Origin: Chlamydiota bacterium
GTDB taxonomy: Bacteria > Auribacterota > JACPWU01
NCBI GenBank assembly: GCA_016196885.1
Contig: JACPWU010000039.1
Span: 49,847 to 81,846, forward strand
Direction: 5' to 3'
Length of the DNA: 32,000 nt
This document shows positions 1 to 8,943 of the stretch, in pieces. The notes under the pieces are model-generated. The model searched no databases, was not told where the DNA came from, and saw nothing but the letters and a program-made list of their open reading frames with translations. The position numbers were made by a program, and so were the translations under genes. Position 1 is the first letter of the stretch; each line of letters starts with the position of its first letter.

Positions 1-182
1 GAGTTGGGGTATGGGGCTTCTCTGTCATTGTAATGTTTTGGGCACAAACGTTCCAAATAGCAACAGGTATTTTTTTGAGTTTGTTTTGAGATTTTTTGTA
101 ATATCTTTATTTTAAATGAGTTATGGCGCAATTTATTTTTAGAAAAATGGGGCATAAAAAATGCTGTAATCAATCATTAAAA

Positions 183-974
183 ATGAAACCATATCCACTC
201 CATTTTATGGTTTTTTTAACGATTTTCAGCCTTTTCGTCTCCGGCTGTAGCAGGGTCACTTACCCTAAAGAAACCATTGAGCGAATCTTGCCCCAGGTTC
301 TTCTAAGAGAATACGGTCTCATTGCCCAGGCCAAGCTTCAGGGAGAGACTTTGGACGTGGCCATTCATTTTGAAAAATTGTGGGGTACGGACAATTTGGT
401 CGAGAAGCAGGCCTGGAAAGATATTTCAAAGCTGAAATTTGTGGCCAGCCGTGTGGCTTTGAGCACAGACGCAAAAATAGAATTTATTCGCTATGTGATT
501 TCCGGGAATGATTCGGATGAAGAATTAAATTACATCCGTGCGATGAAAGATGAAAAGCTTTTGGAATATCAAGGAATTTCTGTGACTCAGTATTGGAATC
601 GAGAGGTGTTGGTCAGAAAAAAATATGATGGGTATCCCGATTTTGAAGAGGTCAAGTGGGAGGATTTTTTAAGCCGCTTGATTTCAAAGACAGTTCAGGA
701 AAAATACAAGGCGGCTTTGGCCTTGTCAAGTGAGGGCATGCTCAACTTTTGGGGCGTTTATTTCCCCAAGGAAAGTCCGAACAATCAATTAAGGCAAAAT
801 CTCTTTGCGTTGGTTATCCAGTCCAAAGAGAATCCTCAAGGAATGGTTCTTTTGCAGAATCTGGTTCGAGAGACGACAGAAGAGGTCTGTGGTCAATATC
901 AGAAATTTCCTTTCGAACGCTTGCGTATTTTGAATCTGGAAACAAAAAACGTGACTGAAGTACCCTCGAAATAA
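183..974 (+). CDS. hypothetical lipoprotein
   Basis: Track ORF 123..974. The internal Met at 183 gives [22 protein letters not shown], which reads as a short n-region, a hydrophobic core and a lipobox-like LFVSGC. Starting at 123 would put 20 polar residues ahead of the signal peptide. No family recognised. Confidence 0.6.
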   Translation: MKPYPLHFMVFLTIFSLFVSGCSRVTYPKETIERILPQVLLREYGLIAQAKLQGETLDVAIHFEKLWGTDNLVEKQAWKDISKLKFVASRVALSTDAKIEFIRYVISGNDSDEELNYIRAMKDEKLLEYQGISVTQYWNREVLVRKKYDGYPDFEEVKWEDFLSRLISKTVQEKYKAALALSSEGMLNFWGVYFPKESPNNQLRQNLFALVIQSKENPQGMVLLQNLVRETTEEVCGQYQKFPFERLRILNLETKNVTEVPSK

Positions 975-975
975 A

Positions 976-1098
976 GTTGTAGGTTATAGGTTTAAAGTTT
1001 TAAAGGAGTTTATTTTTTACTTACATCTTATAGCTTCCCTTCCAATGTGTTACAACTCACCACGCACTACTCACCCCTCACCATTCACTAACGACTTG
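976..1098. repeat. degenerate copy of the GTGAG/CTCAC-unit hairpin element
   Basis: The conserved loop ttttaaaggagtttattttttac lies at 998-1020. The right side carries CTCACCA CGCACTA CTCACCC CTCACCA TTCACTA units. The left arm (gttgtaggttataggtt) has decayed, so pairing is poor. Confidence 0.45.
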
Positions 1099-1155
1099 AA
1101 TCAGAATCTCTTTGCCTTTCTTTTTCATTTTGAAATTTATTCCCTTACCCTTACA

Positions 1156-1578
1156 ATGACACGCATGAAATCTCACACGGAATATCTTTGGTTTAATACC
1201 CAGAGGCATCGTGAGTACATTAATATGACCGATCGGGTCAGAGAGGCCCTTGAAAAAAGCGGGATTCAAGAGGGCATGGTTTTGGTCTCGGCCATGCATA
1301 TTACGGCGGGTGTCTATGTCAATGATGCTGAAAACGGCTTGATTCAAGACATTGATGAAATGCTTCAAAGGCTGGCCCCGGAAGGTCCGCCTTATCAACA
1401 TCACCTGACAGGTGAGACAAATGGCGATGCCCATTTGAAAAATTTATTGATCGGCCATCAAGTGATGCTGCCCGTCACAAAAGGAAAATTAGATTTGGGT
1501 CCCTGGGAACAGGTCTATTATGCGGAATTTGATGGACAGAGGAAGAAGAGAGTCATTGTGAAAGTGATAGGGGAGTGA
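1156..1578 (+). CDS. YjbQ/UPF0047 family protein (secondary thiamine-phosphate synthase-like)
   Basis: Track ORF 1045..1578. The core ([58 protein letters not shown]) fits the YjbQ family. The first 37 track codons are read through the CA-rich arm of a repeat element, so I moved the start to ATG 1156 (1165 is an alternative). Confidence 0.8.
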   Translation: MTRMKSHTEYLWFNTQRHREYINMTDRVREALEKSGIQEGMVLVSAMHITAGVYVNDAENGLIQDIDEMLQRLAPEGPPYQHHLTGETNGDAHLKNLLIGHQVMLPVTKGKLDLGPWEQVYYAEFDGQRKKRVIVKVIGE

Positions 1579-1611
1579 AATCAATAATGAAATCTAAGCA
1601 GAAGTAGAAAG

Positions 1612-2652
1612 ATGATTACAAAAGAAGACATTATCAATCAATTGCGTCATGTCCATTATCCCGGCTTCACCCGAGACATCGTATCTTTCGGTGTGATCCG
1701 GGACGCTATTTTTGAAAATGGACGTGTCGAGATTGTGCTTTCTTTTACGACAGAGGCACCTGATAAACGAGGCCAAATTCAAGAAGGGATTCGAAAGGCG
1801 CTTTCTTCCTTGCCCGAAGTGAAGGAAATAAACTTCAAGGTGGTTGATATTCCTCAGGGCTCCCCTCGGGATCGGGCCATGCTGGAAAGAAAAGAAATTC
1901 CAGGGGTGCGAAATGTCATCGCTGTGGCCAGTGGGAAGGGCGGTGTTGGAAAATCAACGGTGGCGGTGAATTTGGCCTGTGCCTTAAAAATGTTGGGAAG
2001 AAAAGTGGGCCTTTTAGATGCGGACATTTATGGACCGAGTATTCCCATCATGATGGGGCTTTACGATCGGCCTGGGTTGGCGGAAGATCAGAAATTCATT
2101 CCCCCTCAAAAATTTGGTTTGGCGATGATGTCTCTGGGGTTTTTTATAGAAGGGGATAGCCCGGTGATTTGGAGGGGACCCATGGTGACGGGTGCCATTC
2201 GCCAATTGCTTTATGATTCTCAATGGGGAGGGTTAGACGATTTGGTCGTGGATCTTCCCCCGGGGACAGGGGATGCTCAACTCACCTTGGTTCAATTGGC
2301 GCCGTTGAAGGGGGCTGTGATTGTGACCACGCCTCAAGACGTGGCTTTGGTGGATGCCCGCAAAGGGGTTTCCATGTTTCAAAGGTTAGAGGTCAAAATT
2401 TTTGGGATTGTGGAGAACATGAGTTATTTTATTTGTCCTCATTGCCAACATGAGACAGATATTTTGAGTCGCGGGGGAGGAAAGAGAGAAGCCGAACGCT
2501 TGAGTGTTCCTTTTTTAGGTGAAATTCCTATGGATTCTAGTATTTGCTCTGGAGGGGATGGGGGGGTTCCTATTGTGATTCAATCTCCAGAGTCTGAGGT
2601 GTCAAGAGCTTTTCTCCATTTAGCGCAGTCGGTTGTAGGACAGCTAAGTTAG
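1612..2652 (+). CDS. apbC: Mrp/NBP35-family iron-sulfur cluster carrier ATPase with N-terminal DUF59-like domain
   Basis: N-terminal DUF59-like segment (HVHYPGFTRDIVSFGVI), deviant Walker A ASGKGGVGKST, the DLPPGTGD motif and the CPHC cysteine pair. The length of 346 aa is typical for the family. Confidence 0.9.
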   Translation: MITKEDIINQLRHVHYPGFTRDIVSFGVIRDAIFENGRVEIVLSFTTEAPDKRGQIQEGIRKALSSLPEVKEINFKVVDIPQGSPRDRAMLERKEIPGVRNVIAVASGKGGVGKSTVAVNLACALKMLGRKVGLLDADIYGPSIPIMMGLYDRPGLAEDQKFIPPQKFGLAMMSLGFFIEGDSPVIWRGPMVTGAIRQLLYDSQWGGLDDLVVDLPPGTGDAQLTLVQLAPLKGAVIVTTPQDVALVDARKGVSMFQRLEVKIFGIVENMSYFICPHCQHETDILSRGGGKREAERLSVPFLGEIPMDSSICSGGDGGVPIVIQSPESEVSRAFLHLAQSVVGQLS

Positions 2653-2682
2653 AATATTCTTATTTCTTCAGATTCTTTTTTG

Positions 2683-2712
2683 TTGCAATTTTTATCACCA
2701 AGGTTTTATAGT
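2683..2712 (+). promoter_or_regulatory. candidate sigma70-type promoter upstream of the DUF4912/GH57 genes
   Basis: TTGCAA (2683-2688), an 18-nt spacer, then TATAGT (2707-2712), about 70 nt upstream of ATG 2784. This is a motif match only. Confidence 0.25.
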
Positions 2713-2783
2713 AGTCCCAATAGGAGGTTGAATGTGTTTTCCACACTTCAAACGCTTCTTATATTTGGTGAACGAGGGGGTTC

Positions 2784-3785
2784 ATGGAAAAGAAAACTTT
2801 TCAGGGGAAAAAAGATGTTACTCAAGAGAAACCGTCCGTTGTTGCGGAAGTTCCTAAAAGTTTATCCTCTGAAAAATCCCCTTCCAATTTAGTCCAACCA
2901 GATTCTGTTTTAGAAACTCACGCACAGGAAACTGTCGAAGATTCCAAGTTCTACATGGCCCAACAAGGTTGGCCTCTCCCGATGCCGTCTCGGGATCTTG
3001 CTTACGATTATGGAGATAATCGCATCGTTTTAATGCCCGTGGATTCTTTTTGGGCTTTCAGTTATTGGGAAGTGACGAAGGAGCGGGTGGAGGAGGGGCT
3101 TCGTTTCTTGGGGTGTTCGCTCGATCAAACGAAGACCGTGCTGCGGGTTTATGATGTGACGGGACTCGAGGGGACAGAGGGCTCTCATCATCATTATGAC
3201 GTGGAGCTTTCGGGAAGGGTCCGGAATTGGTATTTGAATTTGAACGCACCGGACCACTCTTTCAGGGTGGATATTGGTTTAAGAAACCGAGAGGGCCGCT
3301 TCTTTACCTTGGCGCGTTCCAATACCGTTACCATGCCCCGGGCGGGTGTTTCGGATGTGGTAGATGAGCGCTGGATGAGCATGGAATTTGAAAAGATGTA
3401 CGCCCTTTCCGGAGGGCTTAAAGTAGGTGAGGGTTCGATCGAGCTTCGTCAATTGATGGAGAAGCGTTTTCAAGAAGGTTTATCTTCCGGGGCGCTCTCC
3501 AGTTTCGGGTCCAGTCCCGTGAAGAGAATGGAAAAATCCTTTTGGTTTGTTTTGGATACAGAGCTCGTTGTCTATGGTGCGACAGAGCCTGATGCGCATG
3601 TCACCGTGGCTGGACAACCGGTTCAATTGAGGCCCGATGGCACTTTTACCTTGAGACTTGCATTACCCGACGGTCGCTTTCCCATTTCAGCAAAGGCTGA
3701 GTCCTCAGATGGTAGAGAGGAAAGAACGATCACACCTGTTGTTCAGAGGAACACGGAAATTTCCCAACCTGTTCTTAAAAGCTAG
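2784..3785 (+). CDS. DUF4912 domain-containing protein
   Basis: Contains the motif IVLMPVDSFWAFSYWEV. It lies directly upstream of a GH57 gene, which is the usual DUF4912 context. A GAGGGGG Shine-Dalgarno sits about 5 nt before the ATG. Confidence 0.65.
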   Translation: MEKKTFQGKKDVTQEKPSVVAEVPKSLSSEKSPSNLVQPDSVLETHAQETVEDSKFYMAQQGWPLPMPSRDLAYDYGDNRIVLMPVDSFWAFSYWEVTKERVEEGLRFLGCSLDQTKTVLRVYDVTGLEGTEGSHHHYDVELSGRVRNWYLNLNAPDHSFRVDIGLRNREGRFFTLARSNTVTMPRAGVSDVVDERWMSMEFEKMYALSGGLKVGEGSIELRQLMEKRFQEGLSSGALSSFGSSPVKRMEKSFWFVLDTELVVYGATEPDAHVTVAGQPVQLRPDGTFTLRLALPDGRFPISAKAESSDGREERTITPVVQRNTEISQPVLKS

Positions 3786-3864
3786 TCGTGAGTTGTTAGT
3801 TGTGAGTCGTTAGTTTTAAGGGTATTTATTTTTTACTCACGACTCACCCCTCACGACTCACGAC
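3785..3864. repeat. long hairpin, arms of 7-nt GTGAGNN / NNCTCAC units, conserved loop
   Basis: Left arm gtcgtgagttgttagttgtgagtcgttag, loop ttttaagggtatttattttttac (3814-3836), right arm tcacgactcacccctcacgactcacgac. The element starts on the last base of the upstream stop codon. Confidence 0.8.
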
Positions 3865-3874
3865 GGATTCACCT

Positions 3875-5464
3875 ATGGAAAAAGGCTATTTAGCATTTGT
3901 CTTGCACGCACATCTGCCCTTTGTGAGGCATCCAGAACATGATTATTTTCTGGAGGAGAATTGGCTCTATGAAGCCATCACAGAGACGTATATCCCTTTG
4001 ATTGATGTGTTCAATGGGCTTTTGAAGGATGGCGTGGATTTTCGGATCACGATGACCTTGTCGCCCTCCCTCGTTGCGATGTTGGCAGATCCTCTTTTAC
4101 AATATCGCTATTTGCGGCATATTCAGAAGTTGATTGAACTGGCCCATAAAGAAGTGGATCGCACCCGCTGGCAAAGTGATTTTCATCCCTTGGCCTTGAT
4201 GTATTATCATAAATTCAATCGGGCCAAAGAAGTTTTCGCAAATCAATATCAAAACAATTTGCTTCAGGCCTTCAAGAACCTTCAAGATGCAGGAAAACTC
4301 GAAGTGATCACCTGTGCTGCCACGCATGGGTTTTTGCCCTTGATGGGGGTGAACGCCAATGGAATGAAGGGCATTCGGGCCCAGATCAAAATCGCGGTGG
4401 AACAATATGAAAAACATTTCGGCCGCCGTCCGCGCGGGATTTGGCTTCCGGAATGCGGGTATGCCCCGGGGATTGATGAAATCCTAAGAGAGGCGGGCCT
4501 TAAATTTTTCTTCGTTGAGACGCATGGAGTTTTGCATGCGACCCCCCGGCCCAAATACGGGGTTTTTGCGCCTCTTTATTGTCCCTCGGGTGTTGCGGCC
4601 TTTGGGCGGGATATGGAATCTTCGAAACAGGTTTGGAGTGCCATAGAGGGTTATCCGGGGGACTATGAATATCGGGAGTTTTACCGAGATGTCGGCTTTG
4701 ATTTAGATTTTGAATATGTCCGGCCTTATATCACGCCCGATGGCAAGCGAGTTCAGACCGGCATCAAGTATTATAAAATCACAGGGCCTTCCTTGGATAA
4801 AAAACCTTACGTGCCAGCTCGGGCCATGGAGAAGGCCGCTTCTCATGCGGGCAATTTCATGTTCAATCGTGAGAAACAAATGGAATTTGTTTCGAGTCTC
4901 ATGGATCGGAAGCCCATCATTGTGGCGCCCTACGATGCCGAGCTTTTGGGTCATTGGTGGTATGAGGGTCCTGATTGGCTTAATTTTCTGATTCGCAAAA
5001 TCTATTATGATCAGAAGACGATTAAGCTGATTGGCCCCATGGAATATTTGGAGACGTATCCTACAAATCAAGTGGCCACTCCTTCCATGTCCACGTGGGG
5101 CTATAAGGGATTTAATGAGGTGTGGTTGAATGGCTCGAATGATTGGGTTTATCGCCATTTACATAAGGCGACAGATCACATGGTGGAGTTGGCCAATCGC
5201 TTTCAGTCGGCCAATGGCTTGGTGGGACGTGCCGTGCGCCAGGCGGCTCGAGAGCTTCTTTTGGCGCAGTCCAGCGACTGGGCGTTTATTATGAAGACGG
5301 GCACCATGGTGGAATACGCGGTCAAAAGAACGAAAGAGCATCTCTTGCGCTTTGACGATCTTTATCATCAAGTTTGTGAAAATAGAGTGAATGAATCCTT
5401 CCTGAATGAGATTGAATCTAAAGATAATATTTTTCCGGATTTGGATTATAGAGTGTATTCTTAG
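3875..5464 (+). CDS. glycoside hydrolase family 57 protein, 1,4-alpha-glucan branching enzyme type
   Basis: N-terminus YLAFVLHAHLPFVRHPE..FLEENWLYEAITETYIPLI and internal WLPECGY and AELLGHWWYEGP motifs are characteristic of GH57 branching enzymes. The 529 aa length fits. Confidence 0.85.
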   Translation: MEKGYLAFVLHAHLPFVRHPEHDYFLEENWLYEAITETYIPLIDVFNGLLKDGVDFRITMTLSPSLVAMLADPLLQYRYLRHIQKLIELAHKEVDRTRWQSDFHPLALMYYHKFNRAKEVFANQYQNNLLQAFKNLQDAGKLEVITCAATHGFLPLMGVNANGMKGIRAQIKIAVEQYEKHFGRRPRGIWLPECGYAPGIDEILREAGLKFFFVETHGVLHATPRPKYGVFAPLYCPSGVAAFGRDMESSKQVWSAIEGYPGDYEYREFYRDVGFDLDFEYVRPYITPDGKRVQTGIKYYKITGPSLDKKPYVPARAMEKAASHAGNFMFNREKQMEFVSSLMDRKPIIVAPYDAELLGHWWYEGPDWLNFLIRKIYYDQKTIKLIGPMEYLETYPTNQVATPSMSTWGYKGFNEVWLNGSNDWVYRHLHKATDHMVELANRFQSANGLVGRAVRQAARELLLAQSSDWAFIMKTGTMVEYAVKRTKEHLLRFDDLYHQVCENRVNESFLNEIESKDNIFPDLDYRVYS

Positions 5465-5597
5465 AGAAATCCAAAATCCAAAAATCAAAATCCAAAATGA
5501 CAGTCCAAAAATCAAAATTTTTCAATGCAACAACATCAGGGACATTTTGGATTTTGGTGTGTCATTTTGATTTTTGATGTTTGATTTTTGGATTTCT
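5465..5597. repeat. long hairpin with ~53-nt arms of AAATCCA / TGGATTT units, between convergent genes
   Basis: Left arm 5465-5517 (aaatccaaaatccaaaaatcaaaatccaaaatgacagtccaaaaatcaaaa). Right arm 5545-5597 is its imperfect reverse complement. It starts 1 nt after the GH57 stop, and the right arm overlaps the 3' end of the PAP2 gene. Confidence 0.8.
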
Positions 5598-6108
5598 TCT
5601 CCATTTTTCTCCATCCAAAAGCCATGATCATTCCTAAAATGGCACCTCCCAAAACATCCGAGGGATAATGGACCCCCATGTAAATTCTGGATAAGGAAAC
5701 AGCCACCGTGAGGAAGCCTAAAAACCCCACCCAACTTGGATAATAAAATCCTAAGAACACAGCGATGGCAAAAATACTCATGGCATGACCTGAAGGAAAA
5801 GAGGGAGAGTCGGGACAGGCTGTTCGTACGATGGCTTCTTGAAGGACATGGCAGGGACGCGGGCGGTGGAAGAGAGGTTTAAAGACTTCATGGGAAAGAA
5901 CGTTGACACTTGCTAAGAGAAGCACTGCAAAGAGGGCGATTCTCCAGCGGTCTTTTCTCTTGGATAAAAAAGTGCTTAACGCAACGAGTAAAAACCACCC
6001 AAAGGATTTAAATTCAGTGATCCAGAGGAAAAAAATGTCCAGAACTCGACTTTGGATTTGATTGATAGAATGAAAAATAGCGAGGTCCCACTGAGTGAGC
6101 ATGTGCAT
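5536..6108 (-). CDS. PAP2-family phosphatase (phosphatidic acid / undecaprenyl-diphosphate phosphatase type)
   Basis: All three PAP2 motifs are present: KPLFHRPRP, PSGH and SRIYMGVHYPSDV. There are several hydrophobic helices. The last ~20 codons (KKSKNQTSKIKMTHQNPKCP) are encoded by the right arm of the 5465-5597 hairpin. Confidence 0.85.
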   Translation of the reverse strand: MHMLTQWDLAIFHSINQIQSRVLDIFFLWITEFKSFGWFLLVALSTFLSKRKDRWRIALFAVLLLASVNVLSHEVFKPLFHRPRPCHVLQEAIVRTACPDSPSFPSGHAMSIFAIAVFLGFYYPSWVGFLGFLTVAVSLSRIYMGVHYPSDVLGGAILGMIMAFGWRKMEKKSKNQTSKIKMTHQNPKCP

Positions 6109-6285
6109 GAGATCGTTCTCTCTTTACTTCGTAGATAACTTTATCTCGGCCTTAAGAAAATTAAGATTAGAATTTCTGGGGCAAGGAGGGTGAAGCTTGC
6201 TCCCGTGTCTAAAATCATAGGACAGATATGAGTTCGAGAGGGACCTTGAACTTTGGCGTGAATCAAAATGACATTAGATTGTGGG

Positions 6286-6531
6286 TTAAAGTGGAATATG
6301 CTCATGAAAACAAGCAGCAATATCTTCCGGCCAATCGTTTGAATAAACAGTCATCAAGAGAGGTTCTCGACTCTTCTGAGCTGCTTTGTGAACATCTAAA
6401 GGATCTGGGCTATGAGCCAGAAGACGACCCTGTACAGGTGTTGTTGTAGACTCGTCCATTCTATCAATGGCAATGAGGAGCCATTCTTTCTGGAATTGTT
6501 TGCGAAGCTTTTCAAGCTTCTGAGATTTCAT
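6286..6531 (-). CDS. hypothetical small protein (81 aa)
   Basis: It is an ORF co-oriented with and upstream of the PAP2 gene. The sequence is balanced and not low-complexity (KEWLLIAIDRMDE..GRLLAHSPDPLDVHKAAQKS). It overlaps the + strand ORF 6228..6449, which looks less protein-like. No family confidently recognised. Confidence 0.4.
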   Translation of the reverse strand: MKSQKLEKLRKQFQKEWLLIAIDRMDESTTTPVQGRLLAHSPDPLDVHKAAQKSREPLLMTVYSNDWPEDIAACFHEHIPL

Positions 6532-6591
6532 CCTTTTATTATAACATGTTTTGAAAGGTAAACAGGGTAAATATAAGGAAAAATAGTTTTA

Positions 6592-6729
6592 GGCATATGC
6601 ACTTGATTCCCCTTTGTAGTCGCCCGATTCATCGGGCAAACCCATGCAAGGGGCACAGCCCCATGAATGGGGCGACTACAACTTCTTGCCATGGCGCTTG
6701 TTATCTAAGGGGAATCAAGTGCATATGCC
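6592..6729. mobile_element. MITE-like non-autonomous element with perfect 21-bp terminal inverted repeats, carrying REPIN copy 1
   Basis: TIRs ggcatatgcacttgattcccc (6592-6612) and ggggaatcaagtgcatatgcc (6709-6729) match at 21 of 21 positions. The direct repeat aaaatagtttt flanks the element at 6580-6590 and 6730-6740. There is no coding capacity. Confidence 0.7.
6614..6681 (-). repeat. REPIN-like doublet of GTAG-palindrome (REP-like) units, copy 1 (inverted relative to copies 2 and 3)
   Basis: Sequence: ttgtagtcgcccgattcatcgggcaaacccatgcaaggggcacagccccatgaatggggcgactacaa. Its reverse complement aligns closely with copy 2. Confidence 0.8.
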
Positions 6730-6818
6730 AAAATAGTTTTTCAATAAAGCTTTTTCTCTGGTAAAATCTAGAAGCAGGAAGCGGGTTGGAATCGGTCTTT
6801 GTCCAGGGCGAGGGTTCT

Positions 6819-7826
6819 ATGTTTCTCGTTCGCAGCATTGAGAAAAGAGATTTGAGTGCGTTCTTTCGCTTGGCTTCCATTCTTGATACTTATAATCTTC
6901 CCAAAGATAAAGAATTACTCGCCCAGATTATTCAGACCTCTTTAAATTCTTTTAAAGGAAATCTTAAAAACCCTCATGAAGGTCGTTTTGTGTTTGTGGC
7001 CGAGGAGTTGAGTTCTGGAAAGATTGTGGGCACTTCTGAAATTTTGGCAAAGCGAGGTCTGCCTCATAATCCTTTCATTTACTGTGATGTGGGGGAGGAT
7101 TGTTTAAAGAGTCGGACCCTTCATAAAGAAGTGAAACACCGATATATTAAACTTTGCTCGACTTTGGATGGAGCCACAGAGATTGGAGGGTTGGTGGTAG
7201 ATCCTCGTTATCGGGGGAAGGGGAGAGGCGTGGGAAAGGCCTTGTCTTATGTGCGCTTTATGTATATGAAGTTTCATCCCAGAAAATTTCAGAAGAGGGT
7301 GTTGGCAGAGCTTTTGGCTTATTTGACCCCGAAAGGGGAGAATCCCCTGTGGGATGTTTTAGGAAAACATTTTACGGGTCTTTCTTATCATCGGGCGGAT
7401 CGTTTGAGTGTTTTTAACAAAGAATTTATTTTGTCCTTGTTCCCTGCTGAGAAAATCTACACCTGTCTTTTGCCGGAGCGTGTTCAGAGAATTTTAGAAC
7501 GGCCCGGGCTTCATACTGTTCCCGCTCAGGTTTTACTGGAGAAAATTGGGCTTAAATATTTGCGTCAAGTGGATCCATTTGACGGGGGGCCCCTCTATGG
7601 AGCAAAGTTGAGTGATGTAACGATTTATCAAAAGACGAAGCTCTACCCTTTTTCTGGAATGTGTGAAGAAGGCAAAGAGGGCTTGCTTCTTTTTGAAGAA
7701 TCATCCCGTGTGAAAGCCTGTTATGGTTTAGCAAAAATAATGGGTGAAAATATTTTTCTTAATCTTGAATCAGTGCGGGCTTTAAATATCCGCAAGGGGA
7801 ATAGAGTTTTGTTTTATCGTTTTTAA
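6819..7826 (+). CDS. arginine N-succinyltransferase (AstA) family protein
   Basis: From ATG 6819 the N-terminus MFLVRSIEKRDLSAFFRLAS parallels the AstA N-terminus. The ~335 aa length and the GNAT-like core GGLVVDPRYRGKGRGVGKALS also fit. The track start 6786 is a TTG 11 codons upstream. Confidence 0.75.
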   Translation: MFLVRSIEKRDLSAFFRLASILDTYNLPKDKELLAQIIQTSLNSFKGNLKNPHEGRFVFVAEELSSGKIVGTSEILAKRGLPHNPFIYCDVGEDCLKSRTLHKEVKHRYIKLCSTLDGATEIGGLVVDPRYRGKGRGVGKALSYVRFMYMKFHPRKFQKRVLAELLAYLTPKGENPLWDVLGKHFTGLSYHRADRLSVFNKEFILSLFPAEKIYTCLLPERVQRILERPGLHTVPAQVLLEKIGLKYLRQVDPFDGGPLYGAKLSDVTIYQKTKLYPFSGMCEEGKEGLLLFEESSRVKACYGLAKIMGENIFLNLESVRALNIRKGNRVLFYRF

Positions 7827-7882
7827 CGAACGACGATGAACAAACGACGCAGAACGGTTTTGCTATGAAAGTGAGGCTCATT

Positions 7883-7954
7883 TTGTAGTCGCCCCATTTA
7901 TGGGGCTGCCGTGTGCCCCTTGCATGGATTGCCCGATGAATCGGGCGACTACAA
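7883..7954 (+). repeat. REPIN-like doublet, copy 2
   Basis: Sequence: ttgtagtcgccccatttatggggctgccgtgtgccccttgcatggattgcccgatgaatcgggcgactacaa. It is nested in a 12-bp outer inverted repeat, tgctatgaaagt (7861-7872) / actttcatagca (7974-7985). Confidence 0.8.
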
Positions 7955-8017
7955 AAAAAGCATGATTGGGAGAACTTTCATAGCACACGATGATCTCGAA
8001 AGATCATTAAAATTTAT

Positions 8018-8941
8018 ATGAGAGCTCTGGTTGTAGGGGATCCTTCTTTTTTTAGAATTAGATCGGGGTCTAATCCTCATACTCGAAACAGATGGGGAGT
8101 GAAGAAGTGTGTAGATTTGGATTTAGCCAAGCGCCAATGGAAGAATTTTGTAGATCGTTTAGAAGAGATGGGTGCTCGGGTGTATGTGATTCCTCCTGTG
8201 AAGGATTGTCCCGGAATGGTTTTCCCCGCGAATGCAGGGGTTGTGATTCCAAGGGAAGAAAAGATTCCCTTTTCTAAAAAAACTTTTCTCTTAAGTTCAT
8301 TGATCGAAGGGCGCAAAAGTGAAACGAATTATGACGAGCCTTTTTTTCGCCAATTGGGTTTTCAAATTGAGAAGATTTCTTGCCCCTTTGAGGGGGAGGC
8401 CGATTTTTTCCAGGCAGGGTCTTATTTTATTTTTACATATGGGAAGATTCTCCCTCAACATTTTCGGATGAAGAGGGGGTGGCCACCTTATGAAAGAGTC
8501 TATGGGTTTAGAAGCAGTTTGAATTTCTTAGAGACGGTGACGAAATGGATTTCTCGCGAGCGCATTTTGCCTTTGGAATTGGCGGATGAACGATTTTATC
8601 ATGGCGATACGGTTTTTTGCCCATTTGGAGAAGGCTATGATCATGTGCTTGCCTATCTACCAGCCCTCACGTCTCAGGCTCAAGGTTTGTTGAAAGAGCA
8701 TCTCGTCGATCGCTTGATTTTGTTGAGTGATGAGGATGCCTTTAAATACGCAGCAAATTCTTTTTATTTATCCACAGAGAAGGGGAAATTTCTTATCATG
8801 CCTTCGGGTGTGAGTCCCCAGTTAAGGGATCAGGTGATAGAACGGGGGGTGACTCCCATCGAGATCAATGTGTCTGAATTTTTCGAAAAAGGGGGAGGCT
8901 CTGTCAAGTGTATGATTTTAGACTTGGGGCCGATGGGTTAA
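8018..8941 (+). CDS. amidinotransferase / dimethylarginine dimethylaminohydrolase-like guanidino-group-modifying enzyme
   Basis: C-terminal GGGSVKCM carries the catalytic-Cys motif of the GME superfamily. FYHGDTVFCP supplies the His/Asp motif, and PGMVFPANAG is also present. Confidence 0.7.
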   Translation: MRALVVGDPSFFRIRSGSNPHTRNRWGVKKCVDLDLAKRQWKNFVDRLEEMGARVYVIPPVKDCPGMVFPANAGVVIPREEKIPFSKKTFLLSSLIEGRKSETNYDEPFFRQLGFQIEKISCPFEGEADFFQAGSYFIFTYGKILPQHFRMKRGWPPYERVYGFRSSLNFLETVTKWISRERILPLELADERFYHGDTVFCPFGEGYDHVLAYLPALTSQAQGLLKEHLVDRLILLSDEDAFKYAANSFYLSTEKGKFLIMPSGVSPQLRDQVIERGVTPIEINVSEFFEKGGGSVKCMILDLGPMG

Positions 8942-8943
8942 GA

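Noticed and set aside
1045-1155. 5' extensions of track ORFs: 1045 for yjbQ, 6786 for the astA-like gene, 11845 for mcp, 14442 for cheA, 16786 for the REC-REC gene and 123 for the lipoprotein.
   Set aside because: The extensions are read from repeat arms or palindromes (1045, 14442), use TTG starts without a Shine-Dalgarno (6786, 11845, 16786), or sit ahead of the signal peptide (123). Downstream ATGs give family-typical N-termini, and two of them have a good Shine-Dalgarno.
6228-6449. 73-aa + strand ORF overlapping the 81-aa - strand ORF 6286..6531.
   Set aside because: Only one of the two can be real. The - strand ORF is co-oriented with the adjacent PAP2 gene and has the more balanced, globular-looking sequence. 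Neither call is strong.
7825-7857. An ACG-rich unit array (aacgaacgacgatgaacaaacgacgcagaacgg) lies just after the astA-like stop codon.
   Set aside because: It resembles a hairpin-family arm, but I could find no inverted partner or conserved loop nearby. I left it as an unexplained low-complexity tract rather than calling an element.
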